From a virus, in IMG/VR virus record IMGVR_UViG_3300031521_000015: 64,000 nt of DNA; one strand, written 5' to 3'. The stretch's first letter is position 1. Each line of letters opens with the position of its first letter. Of the stretch, positions 9,551 to 20,818 are shown piece after piece. A program made the position numbers and the translations under genes. Below the pieces are notes generated by a model that ran no database searches, was not told the DNA's origin, and worked only from the letters and a program-made list of their open reading frames with translations.

Positions 9551-12511
9551 ATGGCAAATAGCAATCCTTATTTCTTAAGACCTACCAATGGTAGTGGATA
9601 TTTATCTGTGCCTAATATAGCATTGCCTACTTCATGGACAATGGAATGTTTATTTAAATATCCATTAGCATCTCAAGCTTCTTGGAATACATTAACAAGG
9701 GGAAATGCTGGAGATCATCAGACTATAGTTCAAAGGTCTAATCTACATTTAGGTATGTATGACAACATAAATGGTACAGGTTTTAACGATACTGGGTTTG
9801 TAATGAGTACATTAAGTAGCGGTTGGCATCATATAGCCATAGTTGGAGAAAATAATACACAAAAATATTATATTGATGGTGTTTTAGTAGGAACTTTAGC
9901 TAGACAATCAAAATCAGATATTAGGTCAATCGGTGCGTATTGGGGAGACGGTTCTCAAACATGGGGTGACTTTGATGAATTTAGACTATGGAATGTTGCA
10001 AGAAGTCAAGCAAGTATACAAAGATATATGAAGTCTTCAATAATAGTATCAGAAAACACTTCAACATTAATTGGATATTGGAAGTGCGATGAGGGAATAG
10101 GAACGATAGTAAAAGACTCAACAACTTATGCAAGAAATGGAACACTTACAGGAACAATAAGTTGGGTGGCAGGAGAAGTAAATTTAGATGAATATTATTC
10201 TATTATAAAAGATAATGATAAATACTATAAATTTGTTGACAATGAATGGGTTGATACTGGGTTGATTGAACCATTGGCTAAACAGAATTTTGTAGATAAT
10301 GGTTTATATGATATGACTACTTGGACTACAAACACTACAACAAATTCACAAACTATGATTTATGAAAGAGATTTATTGAATTCAAGTGTAGGAAAAGTTT
10401 ATAGAAAAGTAGTAGATATTGGTAAACTAAGTAAATCATGTGGAAGTATTCAAATGGTAGAAATATCACAAAGAACAAATGTAGTATGGACTTCTTTAGT
10501 TGGAGTTGTTACAACAAATAATAATTTAACTAAAACCAATACTACAGCAGATTGGATTTCTAGTGCAATATCTACAAAATCGATTGCTAGTGGAAATGTG
10601 ACAATGAGTTTTACTGCAAGTGAAACTACGTCATATAGAATGATTGGTTTTAATAATTCTAATGCAAACAATAGTTATACCGATATAACCTTTGCATGGT
10701 ATTTACAAATTAATTCTGTATTAGCAATATATGAAAAAGGAACAAGTATAGGAACGTTTGGAACATATGCAATAGGAGATATTTTTAAAATATCGTATGA
10801 AAATAGTAAAGTCAAATATTATAAAAACAATGTATTAATATATACAAGTTTAACTGCACCAGTATATCCAGCCTTTATTGATACTTCACTCTATACACCT
10901 AATGGTACTCTTAATAATGTAGTATTTGGAAGTGGAATTGTTTATAGTTTTATAAAATATAATGGAAAAATAATGAATTACAATAGCATAACTAAGCAAT
11001 TTGTTGATACTGGATTAATAGAACCTTTGGTATATACTGATTTCTCTACAAAAGGAATTTCTAATCTAGGTTTAGTTGATGCAACTGCATGGCAAACTTT
11101 ATCTAATTCATTTGAAGTAATAACTTGGACTGACTCTATGACTGAAATACCAAAGGTATATCTTACTGTGCCAAGTTATAATCCTATATATTGGTTAAAC
11201 AATCCACAGATATACACTTGGGGAACGAATTCAGGGACAACAGATATGACGTTGAAAATGAATGTGACAACAGATACAAATGTAAGATATTTAATTTCAA
11301 AAGATAATAAAAATACATGGCAATACTTTAATGGTAGCAGTTTTCAAGATGCGTTATCTTCAGAAATATTCGATAAAGGTATGACAAAAGCACGGGTTCA
11401 AAACATAACAGAAAGTCAATGGAATCAATGGTTTCAACGAGGATATATTGATTTAATGATAGGAATGAAATCTCAAAATCCTGTAAAAGTATCTAACTTT
11501 GTAAAAAATATTACAATTAACTTTGAACCCAATCAATATCCAATAGTAAGTAATTTTAATATTACTCCAACCAATTTACACAATGGAATGATAACTATTT
11601 CTGCTGACGTACAAGATTTAGAAGGAGATACTATTTCATATCAAGTATTAGTAAACGATAATGTAATTGATAATTTAAATAATGGTGGGTGGTCAGATTT
11701 TACAGATGGAATAAACCTTCAACATATAACTTATGATATTCCATATACTGATTTAAATGTTGGAGAAAATATTATACAATTTTCAGTTAAAGATGATAGG
11801 GGACTTCATTATGATTTTATAAATACTATTATAGTTATGGATACTGCACCTTATCTTACTATGTTCACTCACGATAATTGGTCTTTAAGTGGGGTAATTA
11901 ATGATGATGATTCTGATAAAGTGAGATACAGGGTATTGATAAATGGAATTCAAAAATATCCTCATACAAGTGATTTTGTTAATCCTACATATAGTGAGTG
12001 GTTAGATTGCCCTATAAACGTTAATTATTCTTGGAATAGTGGGGACTTAATATTTAATCAAAACAATACTATATTAATAGAAATAATGGATGAATTACAC
12101 ACAAAGCAAGTTTATAGTTTTAATGATGTTATAGGAAAATATAAAAACTTAATGATAAAAGATACTGATGGGAATTACTATTCAAATGATATGGGACAAC
12201 TATTAAAATATATTGACTTTAATAATATACAAGTAGGTGAAGAATCTGAAATAAAAACTATCGTGTTAGAAAATGATTATGGTTATGCAGTACAAAATGT
12301 AAAAGTAGAAGTAGATGATAGTCAATTGGAATATGAAGTTTGTTTATGTAAAGATACTTCATTTTTGACAAATACAAATACTATAAATTTCAATAATGTG
12401 ATGTTAGACGGAGAAAGTAAAAATGTTTACATTAAGGTAAAAGCAAATAATGATTTTTCAGACACTCCTAAAACAGTATTTAAAGTTATAGCAAGTGCAG
12501 ATAAAATTTAA
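9551..12511 (+). CDS. LamG-domain tail/adhesin protein
   Basis: WTMEC...WHHIAIV...YIDG...DEFRLWNVARS...LIGYWKCDEG. C-terminal half is paralogous to 15214-16788. Confidence 0.75.
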   Translation: MANSNPYFLRPTNGSGYLSVPNIALPTSWTMECLFKYPLASQASWNTLTRGNAGDHQTIVQRSNLHLGMYDNINGTGFNDTGFVMSTLSSGWHHIAIVGENNTQKYYIDGVLVGTLARQSKSDIRSIGAYWGDGSQTWGDFDEFRLWNVARSQASIQRYMKSSIIVSENTSTLIGYWKCDEGIGTIVKDSTTYARNGTLTGTISWVAGEVNLDEYYSIIKDNDKYYKFVDNEWVDTGLIEPLAKQNFVDNGLYDMTTWTTNTTTNSQTMIYERDLLNSSVGKVYRKVVDIGKLSKSCGSIQMVEISQRTNVVWTSLVGVVTTNNNLTKTNTTADWISSAISTKSIASGNVTMSFTASETTSYRMIGFNNSNANNSYTDITFAWYLQINSVLAIYEKGTSIGTFGTYAIGDIFKISYENSKVKYYKNNVLIYTSLTAPVYPAFIDTSLYTPNGTLNNVVFGSGIVYSFIKYNGKIMNYNSITKQFVDTGLIEPLVYTDFSTKGISNLGLVDATAWQTLSNSFEVITWTDSMTEIPKVYLTVPSYNPIYWLNNPQIYTWGTNSGTTDMTLKMNVTTDTNVRYLISKDNKNTWQYFNGSSFQDALSSEIFDKGMTKARVQNITESQWNQWFQRGYIDLMIGMKSQNPVKVSNFVKNITINFEPNQYPIVSNFNITPTNLHNGMITISADVQDLEGDTISYQVLVNDNVIDNLNNGGWSDFTDGINLQHITYDIPYTDLNVGENIIQFSVKDDRGLHYDFINTIIVMDTAPYLTMFTHDNWSLSGVINDDDSDKVRYRVLINGIQKYPHTSDFVNPTYSEWLDCPINVNYSWNSGDLIFNQNNTILIEIMDELHTKQVYSFNDVIGKYKNLMIKDTDGNYYSNDMGQLLKYIDFNNIQVGEESEIKTIVLENDYGYAVQNVKVEVDDSQLEYEVCLCKDTSFLTNTNTINFNNVMLDGESKNVYIKVKANNDFSDTPKTVFKVIASADKI

Positions 12512-12535
12512 TAAAATATAAAAGTAGGTGATATT

Positions 12536-15175
12536 TTGGCAATTAATAATCCATATGCTTTAAAATTTGGTGGAACAACAAATGTTACAATTCCACATTC
12601 TAACTCATTAAGCCCATTGCGACAAATGACTATAGAGTTTGATATTAAGATAAATTCTTTTGTTAATACTTGGATGCCAATTATTTATAAAGGAAATGCT
12701 AGGCAATATAGTATGTGGGTACATAGTACAGGACGTATGTATTTAGGAACTGAAAAGTTAGACGGAACTCAAGAAATTTTATGGAGTGATACTATAACTC
12801 CTGTAATGGTGGCGAATACTTGGTATCATATAGCAGGAGTTATTAATAGAGATACAGGTATTCTTAAACTTTATTTAAATGACGCTTTATGGTTTAGTAT
12901 TGCTATTACAGTAGGAGTCGATACTTTAGTTCAACCTTATCCATTATATTTTGGAAGTACAACAGAAGTAAATTCAGCATATTCTATGTTTAATGGATAT
13001 TTAGATAATGTAAGAATGTGGAATATTGAAAGAACATTAACACAAATTAAAGATAATAGAAAGAAACAATTAAAAGGAAATGAAAATAATTTAATTGCTT
13101 ATTGGAAGTTTAATGAAGGAAACGGAACTACGATAACTGACGTAGTTAATGGGAATAATGGGATAATTGTTAATGGTACTTGGGCAACGGGTGGAGTTGA
13201 TTTAGATCCAATTTGTGAATTTGATAAAGCAGAAATTATTCCAAGCAATATATGGACATATAAAAATAATAATGATAGTTTATTAAAATGTACAATAGAT
13301 ACAGATTTTGGAACTCAAACTCAATATAAAATATTTATAAATGGCATTCAATATTATCCATCAAGTGGATATACATTATTAACAACAACTCCATATGATA
13401 TTCAAATGGCAATTCCTCAAAGTGCTTTTAATTCAGGCAAAAATACTTTATATATAGATGTTTTAAGTGTAGAAAATTATTTATATAGACTTGGGACATA
13501 TAATGTTTATAAAGAAGACAGAGATAGTACAAGTTCTCAAAGAGACTTTGATTTTAATTCCGAATATACGATGACAAACAATAATTCAAACTGTAATGAA
13601 AATGGTTTATCTTTAATTGGATATGGTACTGATATAGTAATATCTAATGACAATTCACAATTAAAGACAATTGGAAAAAGGAAAATAAATAGTATAGCAA
13701 TAACAGGAACAGATGATTCCATTCAATCTACTACACTTGTAGAAGACATGGAAACAGATATGATAGTAGGAACAGGAACTAAATATACGTATGATATAAA
13801 TTCTGATAGATTCACTGAGTTGAATGGAATGGTGATTTCTAATGGAAATACTTTAATCCAAACAGACGATAAAGTATATACTTTTAAAGGTACGGGTTAT
13901 GTAGATATAGGCAATCAAAATCCAACTCAATTAGACTTCCAAAATAATGATGTTACTAATTTAAATCTATTATTTGCTGATATGAATATTGCAAGATTTG
14001 TTCCATCGAATAAAGGTGTTTTGGGTGATGGATATTTATATAGACAAATAGTAAATTTATCAAAGTATAATGGAGTTAAAAGTGCTATTTATTCCAATGG
14101 TATTGTAAACTTTGGTACATATAGGGCGTGGAGTGATGGGACTTATGCAAAATCTGCTGAAGAATATCTTAGACCAACAGATGGAAGTCATGTGTATATG
14201 GGAGATACAGGTAGTGGCATATATAGAATAAAACCAACACCTTATGACGCCTGTGGTATATGGACTTTATATCAAGATGCTACAAGATATGAAACAGTAG
14301 ACTCTAGTCAAAAATGGATAAGATTAAAAAGCACATCATGGTGTGGTTATTGGGATATGGTAGTTTTATCAGGCACATGTACACTATCATTTGAATATAA
14401 AGGAAATGGAACTTTTGCTATTGATAATGATGGAGTTAATGATAATACATTTAATGCTACTTTAGTCGGAACATCTGATTGGCAGACATATACTATAACA
14501 AAAACATTAGCTACTTCTGGACATTTATTATTATATATGTGTAATACAGTAGGAACAAACACAGAAATTAGAAACATAAAATTAGTGAAACCAACAGTAA
14601 TACAAGATGTTTATTGTGATATGAATACATCTAATAATGATGGAGCATGGATGTTGGTACTTAACACAGGAGTAAAAGGAACATTAACTACAATGGCAAC
14701 ATCAAGTGGAACATTACCTGTATTGTCAGCAAGTACAACCATGTGTAAACTAGGTGACGATGTTATAAATGCATTACGAGGAAAAGATTTATCAAAGAGT
14801 ATAATTAAGGTTGATAGACCTAATAACCCTAGTTTTAAAACTTTACCAATTTACTTTAGACAAAATACACCTTATATATCAGATTCTCCAAGATACGGAA
14901 CTGTACAAGATTCTTATCAAACTATTTATATGTATTATCCTCTTTATTTAGATGCAAAAAATGGTACAAGTACGGGAAGATATGGTGCAAATGCAACAAA
15001 TTACGGAAGTGCTTTGAGTACATGGGGCAGTACAAGTTTCCCGTCTACTAATGCAACTGCTTATTATTTAATAATGAACTACTCTAGTGAAGCTTGTATA
15101 TCTCATGATTCATCGGCTTACGAAGGGTCAAGATCGGAAAGAAACTGCTTAATATGGGTGAAACAATTAGCTTAA
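12536..15175 (+). CDS. LamG plus fibrinogen-like domain adhesin protein
   Basis: WYHIAGV...GYLDNVRMWN...LIAYWKFNEG (LamG); SGIYRIKP...VYCDM...GAWMLV (fibrinogen-like N-terminal motif). Confidence 0.7.
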   Translation: MAINNPYALKFGGTTNVTIPHSNSLSPLRQMTIEFDIKINSFVNTWMPIIYKGNARQYSMWVHSTGRMYLGTEKLDGTQEILWSDTITPVMVANTWYHIAGVINRDTGILKLYLNDALWFSIAITVGVDTLVQPYPLYFGSTTEVNSAYSMFNGYLDNVRMWNIERTLTQIKDNRKKQLKGNENNLIAYWKFNEGNGTTITDVVNGNNGIIVNGTWATGGVDLDPICEFDKAEIIPSNIWTYKNNNDSLLKCTIDTDFGTQTQYKIFINGIQYYPSSGYTLLTTTPYDIQMAIPQSAFNSGKNTLYIDVLSVENYLYRLGTYNVYKEDRDSTSSQRDFDFNSEYTMTNNNSNCNENGLSLIGYGTDIVISNDNSQLKTIGKRKINSIAITGTDDSIQSTTLVEDMETDMIVGTGTKYTYDINSDRFTELNGMVISNGNTLIQTDDKVYTFKGTGYVDIGNQNPTQLDFQNNDVTNLNLLFADMNIARFVPSNKGVLGDGYLYRQIVNLSKYNGVKSAIYSNGIVNFGTYRAWSDGTYAKSAEEYLRPTDGSHVYMGDTGSGIYRIKPTPYDACGIWTLYQDATRYETVDSSQKWIRLKSTSWCGYWDMVVLSGTCTLSFEYKGNGTFAIDNDGVNDNTFNATLVGTSDWQTYTITKTLATSGHLLLYMCNTVGTNTEIRNIKLVKPTVIQDVYCDMNTSNNDGAWMLVLNTGVKGTLTTMATSSGTLPVLSASTTMCKLGDDVINALRGKDLSKSIIKVDRPNNPSFKTLPIYFRQNTPYISDSPRYGTVQDSYQTIYMYYPLYLDAKNGTSTGRYGANATNYGSALSTWGSTSFPSTNATAYYLIMNYSSEACISHDSSAYEGSRSERNCLIWVKQLA

Positions 15176-15213
15176 AATGGTTAATATTTTTAAAAGAAAG
15201 GAGGTATCTCTTT

Positions 15214-16788
15214 ATGGAATATACATTTGTTAAAACTTTAGCTGGAAAACTATTAACTTTTAATGGCACTAGTTGGGTAGACTCTATATTAGTAGAACCA
15301 CTTACAAAACAAAACTTTATTGATTTTGGTATTTCATCAATAAATTCTATAACTGAAGCACAATGGTCAACTTTAGATGAAGACCAAGTAGAATTTATTA
15401 CTTGGTCTGATAAATCTACAAATCTAAATTTAATATTTAATACATCTAATACATATAAACCATTTTTTGTTATTGATAGTCCTAAATTATTATGTTGGAG
15501 TGATACAGTAGTTCCAAGTGTAATATTAAATATTAAAGCTCAATTAATGTCTAAGTTCTTATTTTCTAAAGATGGCAGAAATTCTTGGTGGACATTTAAA
15601 AGTGGAGTATGGCAACAAGTATTATTAAGTGATATTGATACAAAAGGAATGACAAGACTAGAAGTTAATAATATATTAGATGGCGATATAAATGCGTGGT
15701 TTAAGCGTGGAACATTAGATTATGCAGTATATATGTATTCGGAAAGCAATATGTTAAGTCCGCAAATAAATAATTTAATTACCACATATCCTGTTAATTC
15801 ATCTCCTACAATTAGTAATTTAACAATTAGTCCTGATACAACATTATATAGAACAAATATAAAATTATCAGCAGATTTGCAAGATTTAGAAGGCGATTTA
15901 TTTCAATATAAGATTACTATCAATGGGATATTTATTGACTTTGAAGGCAATAACGGATGGTCTGATTGGCTAGATGGAGAACAAATTCAACAAATTGCAC
16001 ACACGTATAATTATTTAGATTTCAAAGTAGGTAATAATATTATTATTTTATCTGTCAAAGATTCTAGGGGATTAGTTTATTCTATTACAAAATATTTAAA
16101 TATGGTAAATAACAATCCCATATTTTCAAGTATTTTATCTGATAATTGGAGTGTTTCTGGGTCACTCGATGATATTAATGGAGACAAAATTAGATATAGA
16201 ATGTTGATAAATGGGGTGCAAAAATATCCATATACTGAGGATTTAAGTACACCATCTTATACTGAATATTTTGACGTACCTCATTATATAGAACATAGTT
16301 GGACAAGTGATGATTTAATATTGAACAAACAAAATACAATAAAATTTGAAATACAGGATTATGTAGGAGGCACACTTGCATATTCGCTTAATTCTATTGG
16401 AAAATATAAAAATTTGATGTTTAAAGATGAAGTATCAGGGTTTTATTCAGATGCACATGGAAATATTTTAGAGATGCTTGATTTTGGCACTCTAACTGCT
16501 GGTCAAACTAGTGACGTAAAGAGAATATTGATTGAAAATGACTATGGATATCCAGTAGAGAATACATTTATAACAGTAAAATCTGATACCGTGGTAAATT
16601 ATGAGTTGCATATAGCAAAAGACTCTTCGTTTGTACCAGAAGGGGCAGATACATTAACTCAATTAAATTTTCCTTTTATATTACAAGACGGTGAAAGTAA
16701 AGAGTTTTTTTGTCGTATCACGAGTGACGTACATTCTAGTGGGACAGGTGGAATATTTGAAATAGATGCGATTTGTGAACCAGTTTAA
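15214..16788 (+). CDS. Virion protein paralogous to the C-terminal half of 9551-12511
   Basis: RBS AGGAGG before ATG 15214. Shared motifs EPL.KQNF, SKD..N.W, DLEGD, DNWS.SG, GKYKNLM.KD, ENDYGY. Confidence 0.65.
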   Translation: MEYTFVKTLAGKLLTFNGTSWVDSILVEPLTKQNFIDFGISSINSITEAQWSTLDEDQVEFITWSDKSTNLNLIFNTSNTYKPFFVIDSPKLLCWSDTVVPSVILNIKAQLMSKFLFSKDGRNSWWTFKSGVWQQVLLSDIDTKGMTRLEVNNILDGDINAWFKRGTLDYAVYMYSESNMLSPQINNLITTYPVNSSPTISNLTISPDTTLYRTNIKLSADLQDLEGDLFQYKITINGIFIDFEGNNGWSDWLDGEQIQQIAHTYNYLDFKVGNNIIILSVKDSRGLVYSITKYLNMVNNNPIFSSILSDNWSVSGSLDDINGDKIRYRMLINGVQKYPYTEDLSTPSYTEYFDVPHYIEHSWTSDDLILNKQNTIKFEIQDYVGGTLAYSLNSIGKYKNLMFKDEVSGFYSDAHGNILEMLDFGTLTAGQTSDVKRILIENDYGYPVENTFITVKSDTVVNYELHIAKDSSFVPEGADTLTQLNFPFILQDGESKEFFCRITSDVHSSGTGGIFEIDAICEPV

Positions 16789-16843
16789 TAAAATGTAGAC
16801 ATCGTATGGCTCAATACAATGAGAAAGGATGTGAGAAAATGAA

Positions 16844-19800
16844 ATGCAATATGATAACGACTTAAATTCATATATAATAATTAATAGAAGTAATGTTCAA
16901 AATGAAGCTTATGCAAAAATTGATATAGATTCTGTCAATAATTTAAATAGTACAATTACAGTTAGATATAATGATGAATCAGTACAAGACGAAAATGTTT
17001 CATTATCAAGTACCTTAACTATTCCAATAAAGAACAAAATGTTTGGTACTGTAGATATAGTCAAAACACAAAAAATAACTCAAATTATACCTTGCTTAAA
17101 AGATGCATTCGTGAGATCAGACCAACCAGTTCTAAATTACGGAAAAGAAAAAGATTTATTAGTTGGTTATTCATCTTCTTTTGATGGAATATTTAGAACA
17201 TTCATGGACTTTAATTTACTTCGATTACAAAAAGGTTTAATAATAACAAAAGCAACAATAAAAGCAACTAGGATAAGTACTGATAATTTTATTCCTAACT
17301 TAGAAGTATACGAATGTTTAAATAGTTTTGATGAAAATGATATTACATGGGATAACCAACCTCCAATGGGAACTCTACTTGAAACATTCCAAGGTGGAAC
17401 TTCACTAGGTCAGAAATATATATATTGTGATGTTACAAATAGTATTATTGATTGGTACGAAGGAAATAGATTCCAAACAGGATTTGTTTTTAAATCTTCA
17501 GACGAAACTTATAATCAATATGGTAGAACTTATTCAAGAGAATCAAGTTTTACTCCTATATTGGAAGTTGAGTATTTTAACCCTAATCCTCCTAGCTATG
17601 GGTCAGCAATATTAAATAGTAAAATAAGTGTAAAAATACCTGCAAAAAATGAATTAAATTGTACTATAATAGTTCCTGAATATGATTTTAATAATGATTT
17701 AGATAGTACAATAACAGTTAGAAATAATAGTTATTTAGATTGTAAATTACAAGTATTAACAGACGCATTAAATAGTAAAATCAATGTTGCAACAGGAGTT
17801 AATTTAAATTCTATAATAAAAGTTAAAATAAATACTGCTAGAGATTTCAATTCACAAGTTGCAGTATCCCAACCTAATATTAGTTGTAAAATAACTGTAG
17901 TTAATAATTATCAAATGCCTTGTATTATAAATGTTACACAAATTAAGGATTTAGATTGTAAGGTGAAAGTTAGAAGATATGATATTAGTGAACTAAATTC
18001 AAATATTAAAGTTACTAATATTTTAGACTTAGTTAGTAAACTTGCAGTAAGACGTAATGAATATAAAGATTTAAACTCTAAAATAATAGTACGAAGAAAA
18101 GATGTAAGTGAACTGAATTGCACAATATCTACCACAAGATTTAGTGAATTATCATCAAAGATAACAGTTAGAAGGTATAATTATAATGAGTTAAGTTCGA
18201 TAATTAAAGTCAGAAGATACGACATTAATGAATTAAATAGTAAAATTTTAGTTATGTTTACCAATGACTTAGATTCTACAATTAAAGTTAGAAGGTCTGA
18301 AGATAATGATTTAAATTCCATAATTAATGTAAGAAGATATGACGATGGTAGCATTGATAGTACAATTTTAATTTCATTATTTGAAGAATTGGGTTGTAAG
18401 ATTTTAGTTAGTAAGGGCGAAGTTGATTCTATAATAAAAGTAAGAAGATATTTAGATGATGATTTCAATGGAATAGTAAAAATATCTCCAACAAGTGAAT
18501 TCTTAAGTAAAATAAAAGTTACCAATTATAAAGAATTAAATTCTAAAATATCTGTTAGAATACCTTCTGCAAAAGATTTATCAACTAAAATAACAGTAAG
18601 AGATATGTCTACAGTAGATTGTATCTTGAATGTCAGAAGATATGACAACAATGAATTCGATTCACAGATTACAGTTAGAAGAAATGATATAACTGATATC
18701 AATTCAAATGTATTAGTCAGAAGAAATGAAAATATTGATTTAAATTCAACTATTCATGTAAGATTTGTCGATGGTAAAAACGATATCTCAAGTAAGATGT
18801 TTGTATACATTACAGATACTAATGATTTAGATTCTACTATCTTAGTAATTAATGAAGGTACTGAGGATTTAAATTCTATAATCAAGACTAGACCTTCCAA
18901 TAGAATGTTTGGTATTGTAGATATATTACCAGCTCCTAAAGTTAATTTGACATTAAAGCCGGTACAAGATGCTTATACCAGAAGTCAATTACCTACATTC
19001 AACTATGGTAGCGAAATTGATATGTATGTTGGTAATAATAGTGGAGAATTATATCGCTCATTCTTACAGTTTGATTTAAGTGGGATACCTACAACTAGGG
19101 TATTTACAAAGGCTATTTTAAAATTACATAGTAATACGTCTTATTATACAAGTGGTATTCAATTAGATGAAGTAAAAGATTCTTGGTATGAAAATGATAT
19201 AACTTGGAATAATCAAGAAGATTCTTTAAGTACAATAAAAGCTGTTTCTAGCGTTAGTGGAAGTATTATAGAAATTGACTTAATGTATATAATTGATAAT
19301 TGGTTCAATGGTAGTATGCTACAAAATGGATTTATAATTAAATCACTTGATGAGTCAATTCAACAAAGACTAAGGCTTTATTCTAGGGAAAGTGTTTATC
19401 CACCTACCTTAGAAATAGAGTATTTTGATACTACAGTAAAGAGTAATGTTTCTAATGATTTTTTAAGTAAAATATTCGTAATGAGTGTTGAAAATAAAGA
19501 TTTAAGTTGTTCAATTACTGTACCTAATTATAATTTAGAAAGCGATTTAGATTCATCTTTGGTCGTAAATAATAATGGATACTTAGATTCTAAAATTACT
19601 GTTATTCGTGGAGATTTAGATTGTAAACTAGTTGTAAAAAGGAATGAAGAAAATAATTTAGATTCCTTATTAAAAGTTAGATTAAATGAAATAAATGAAT
19701 TATCAAGTACAATTATTGTAAATAATCCGTATATAAATTCTATCATAACAGTAAAACGTAATGAAATAGATAATATTGATAGTAATTTAATTGTCCGAAG

Positions 19801-20632
19801 AAATGAAATATTATCATTAGACTCTAAAGTTGTAGTAAGAAGAAATGAATACAAAGAACTTAATAGCAAAATCATAGTAAATAATCCTGATATAGCTAGT
19901 ATAATTAAAGTTACACCTACAAGTGAGTTATATTCAAGTATTATAGTACGAAGAAATGACGTTTTAGATTTAAATAATAAATTAAGTGTAACTCAACGTA
20001 GCGATTTAAATTGTGTAATCAATGTTCTAACAAATGAATTAATAGGTTGTATAATTAAAGTAAGAAACACTTGGGATTCAGAATTAGATTCTAAAATCAT
20101 AGTAACTACTTATAATAATCTAGATTCATTAATAGAAGTAACCAATCACGCAAACTTAAGTTCTACTATTAAAGTTAGAAGATATTCAGATATTGATCTT
20201 AATTCAAAAATCAATATAATAGCAAATGATAATTTAGATAGTAAGATTAATGTTATTAAACCATCTTATTTAAATTCAGTAATTAAAATAAGGAATACTA
20301 AAGAAATTGATTTAAATTCAAAAATTGATATTATATCAGTAGAAAATTTAGATTGTATAATTAGAGTTGCTAAAGGAGATATTTCTTGTAAGATTAAAGT
20401 TAGAAGAAATGAATACAATGACTTAGATAATAAAGTAGAGATTACTCCTACTAATGATTTAAATGGTATTATTTCAGTATCAAATATTTCAGAATTAAGT
20501 TGTAAAATAATAACTAGGACTCCTTATAATAATGATTTGAGTTCTAAAATAGAAGTTTTAGGAAGTTTATCTGATTTAGAATGCAAGATAGTTGTTGGAA
20601 ATAAAATTATTGGATATGTGTTTATAATGTAA
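16844..20632 (+). CDS. Repeat-rich protein with two DNRLRE-like (disaggregatase/CBM96) domains
   Basis: Two copies of DA..RS..P..NYG.E.D..VG...R.F..F.L...ITW.NQ...W..G...GF...YSRES...P.LE.EYF, separated by many L(N/D)(S/C).I.V(RR) repeats. Confidence 0.7.
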   Translation: MQYDNDLNSYIIINRSNVQNEAYAKIDIDSVNNLNSTITVRYNDESVQDENVSLSSTLTIPIKNKMFGTVDIVKTQKITQIIPCLKDAFVRSDQPVLNYGKEKDLLVGYSSSFDGIFRTFMDFNLLRLQKGLIITKATIKATRISTDNFIPNLEVYECLNSFDENDITWDNQPPMGTLLETFQGGTSLGQKYIYCDVTNSIIDWYEGNRFQTGFVFKSSDETYNQYGRTYSRESSFTPILEVEYFNPNPPSYGSAILNSKISVKIPAKNELNCTIIVPEYDFNNDLDSTITVRNNSYLDCKLQVLTDALNSKINVATGVNLNSIIKVKINTARDFNSQVAVSQPNISCKITVVNNYQMPCIINVTQIKDLDCKVKVRRYDISELNSNIKVTNILDLVSKLAVRRNEYKDLNSKIIVRRKDVSELNCTISTTRFSELSSKITVRRYNYNELSSIIKVRRYDINELNSKILVMFTNDLDSTIKVRRSEDNDLNSIINVRRYDDGSIDSTILISLFEELGCKILVSKGEVDSIIKVRRYLDDDFNGIVKISPTSEFLSKIKVTNYKELNSKISVRIPSAKDLSTKITVRDMSTVDCILNVRRYDNNEFDSQITVRRNDITDINSNVLVRRNENIDLNSTIHVRFVDGKNDISSKMFVYITDTNDLDSTILVINEGTEDLNSIIKTRPSNRMFGIVDILPAPKVNLTLKPVQDAYTRSQLPTFNYGSEIDMYVGNNSGELYRSFLQFDLSGIPTTRVFTKAILKLHSNTSYYTSGIQLDEVKDSWYENDITWNNQEDSLSTIKAVSSVSGSIIEIDLMYIIDNWFNGSMLQNGFIIKSLDESIQQRLRLYSRESVYPPTLEIEYFDTTVKSNVSNDFLSKIFVMSVENKDLSCSITVPNYNLESDLDSSLVVNNNGYLDSKITVIRGDLDCKLVVKRNEENNLDSLLKVRLNEINELSSTIIVNNPYINSIITVKRNEIDNIDSNLIVRRNEILSLDSKVVVRRNEYKELNSKIIVNNPDIASIIKVTPTSELYSSIIVRRNDVLDLNNKLSVTQRSDLNCVINVLTNELIGCIIKVRNTWDSELDSKIIVTTYNNLDSLIEVTNHANLSSTIKVRRYSDIDLNSKINIIANDNLDSKINVIKPSYLNSVIKIRNTKEIDLNSKIDIISVENLDCIIRVAKGDISCKIKVRRNEYNDLDNKVEITPTNDLNGIISVSNISELSCKIITRTPYNNDLSSKIEVLGSLSDLECKIVVGNKIIGYVFIM

Positions 20633-20649
20633 TAATAAATTAATGTAAT

Positions 20650-20680
20650 AAGGGCAAGAGATATTATAATCTTGCTCTTA
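20650..20680. terminator. Bidirectional terminator
   Basis: AAGGGCAAGA...TCTTGCTCTT hairpin between convergent ORFs. Confidence 0.6.
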
Positions 20681-20704
20681 TTTGTGTTTGTAAATTGGAT
20701 TCAT

Positions 20705-20818
20705 TTAATCATTGAAAATTTTATTATCAATATTTCGGCTGACATGCCGTAACTTATTAATTATACGACCTAGCATAAATAGAATCAAACAACTTATTGA
20801 TAAACATATATATTCCAT
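20705..20818 (-). CDS. Small hydrophobic peptide (37 aa), type I toxin-like
   Basis: Manual translation MEYICLSISCLILFMLGRIINKLRHVSRNIDNKIFND; RBS AAGGAG; upstream TGTTATAAT extended -10. Confidence 0.5.
   Translation of the reverse strand: MEYICLSISCLILFMLGRIINKLRHVSRNIDNKIFND

Noticed and set aside
17700-20600. CRISPR-like or DNA tandem array
   Set aside because: The repeats are degenerate in-frame protein repeats, without constant DNA repeats and unique spacers.
8213-20632. Diversity-generating retroelement or invertible tail-fibre shufflon
   Set aside because: No reverse transcriptase, no near-identical TR/VR pair differing at adenines, and no inverted gene-end cassettes seen. The paralogy is old and at protein level.
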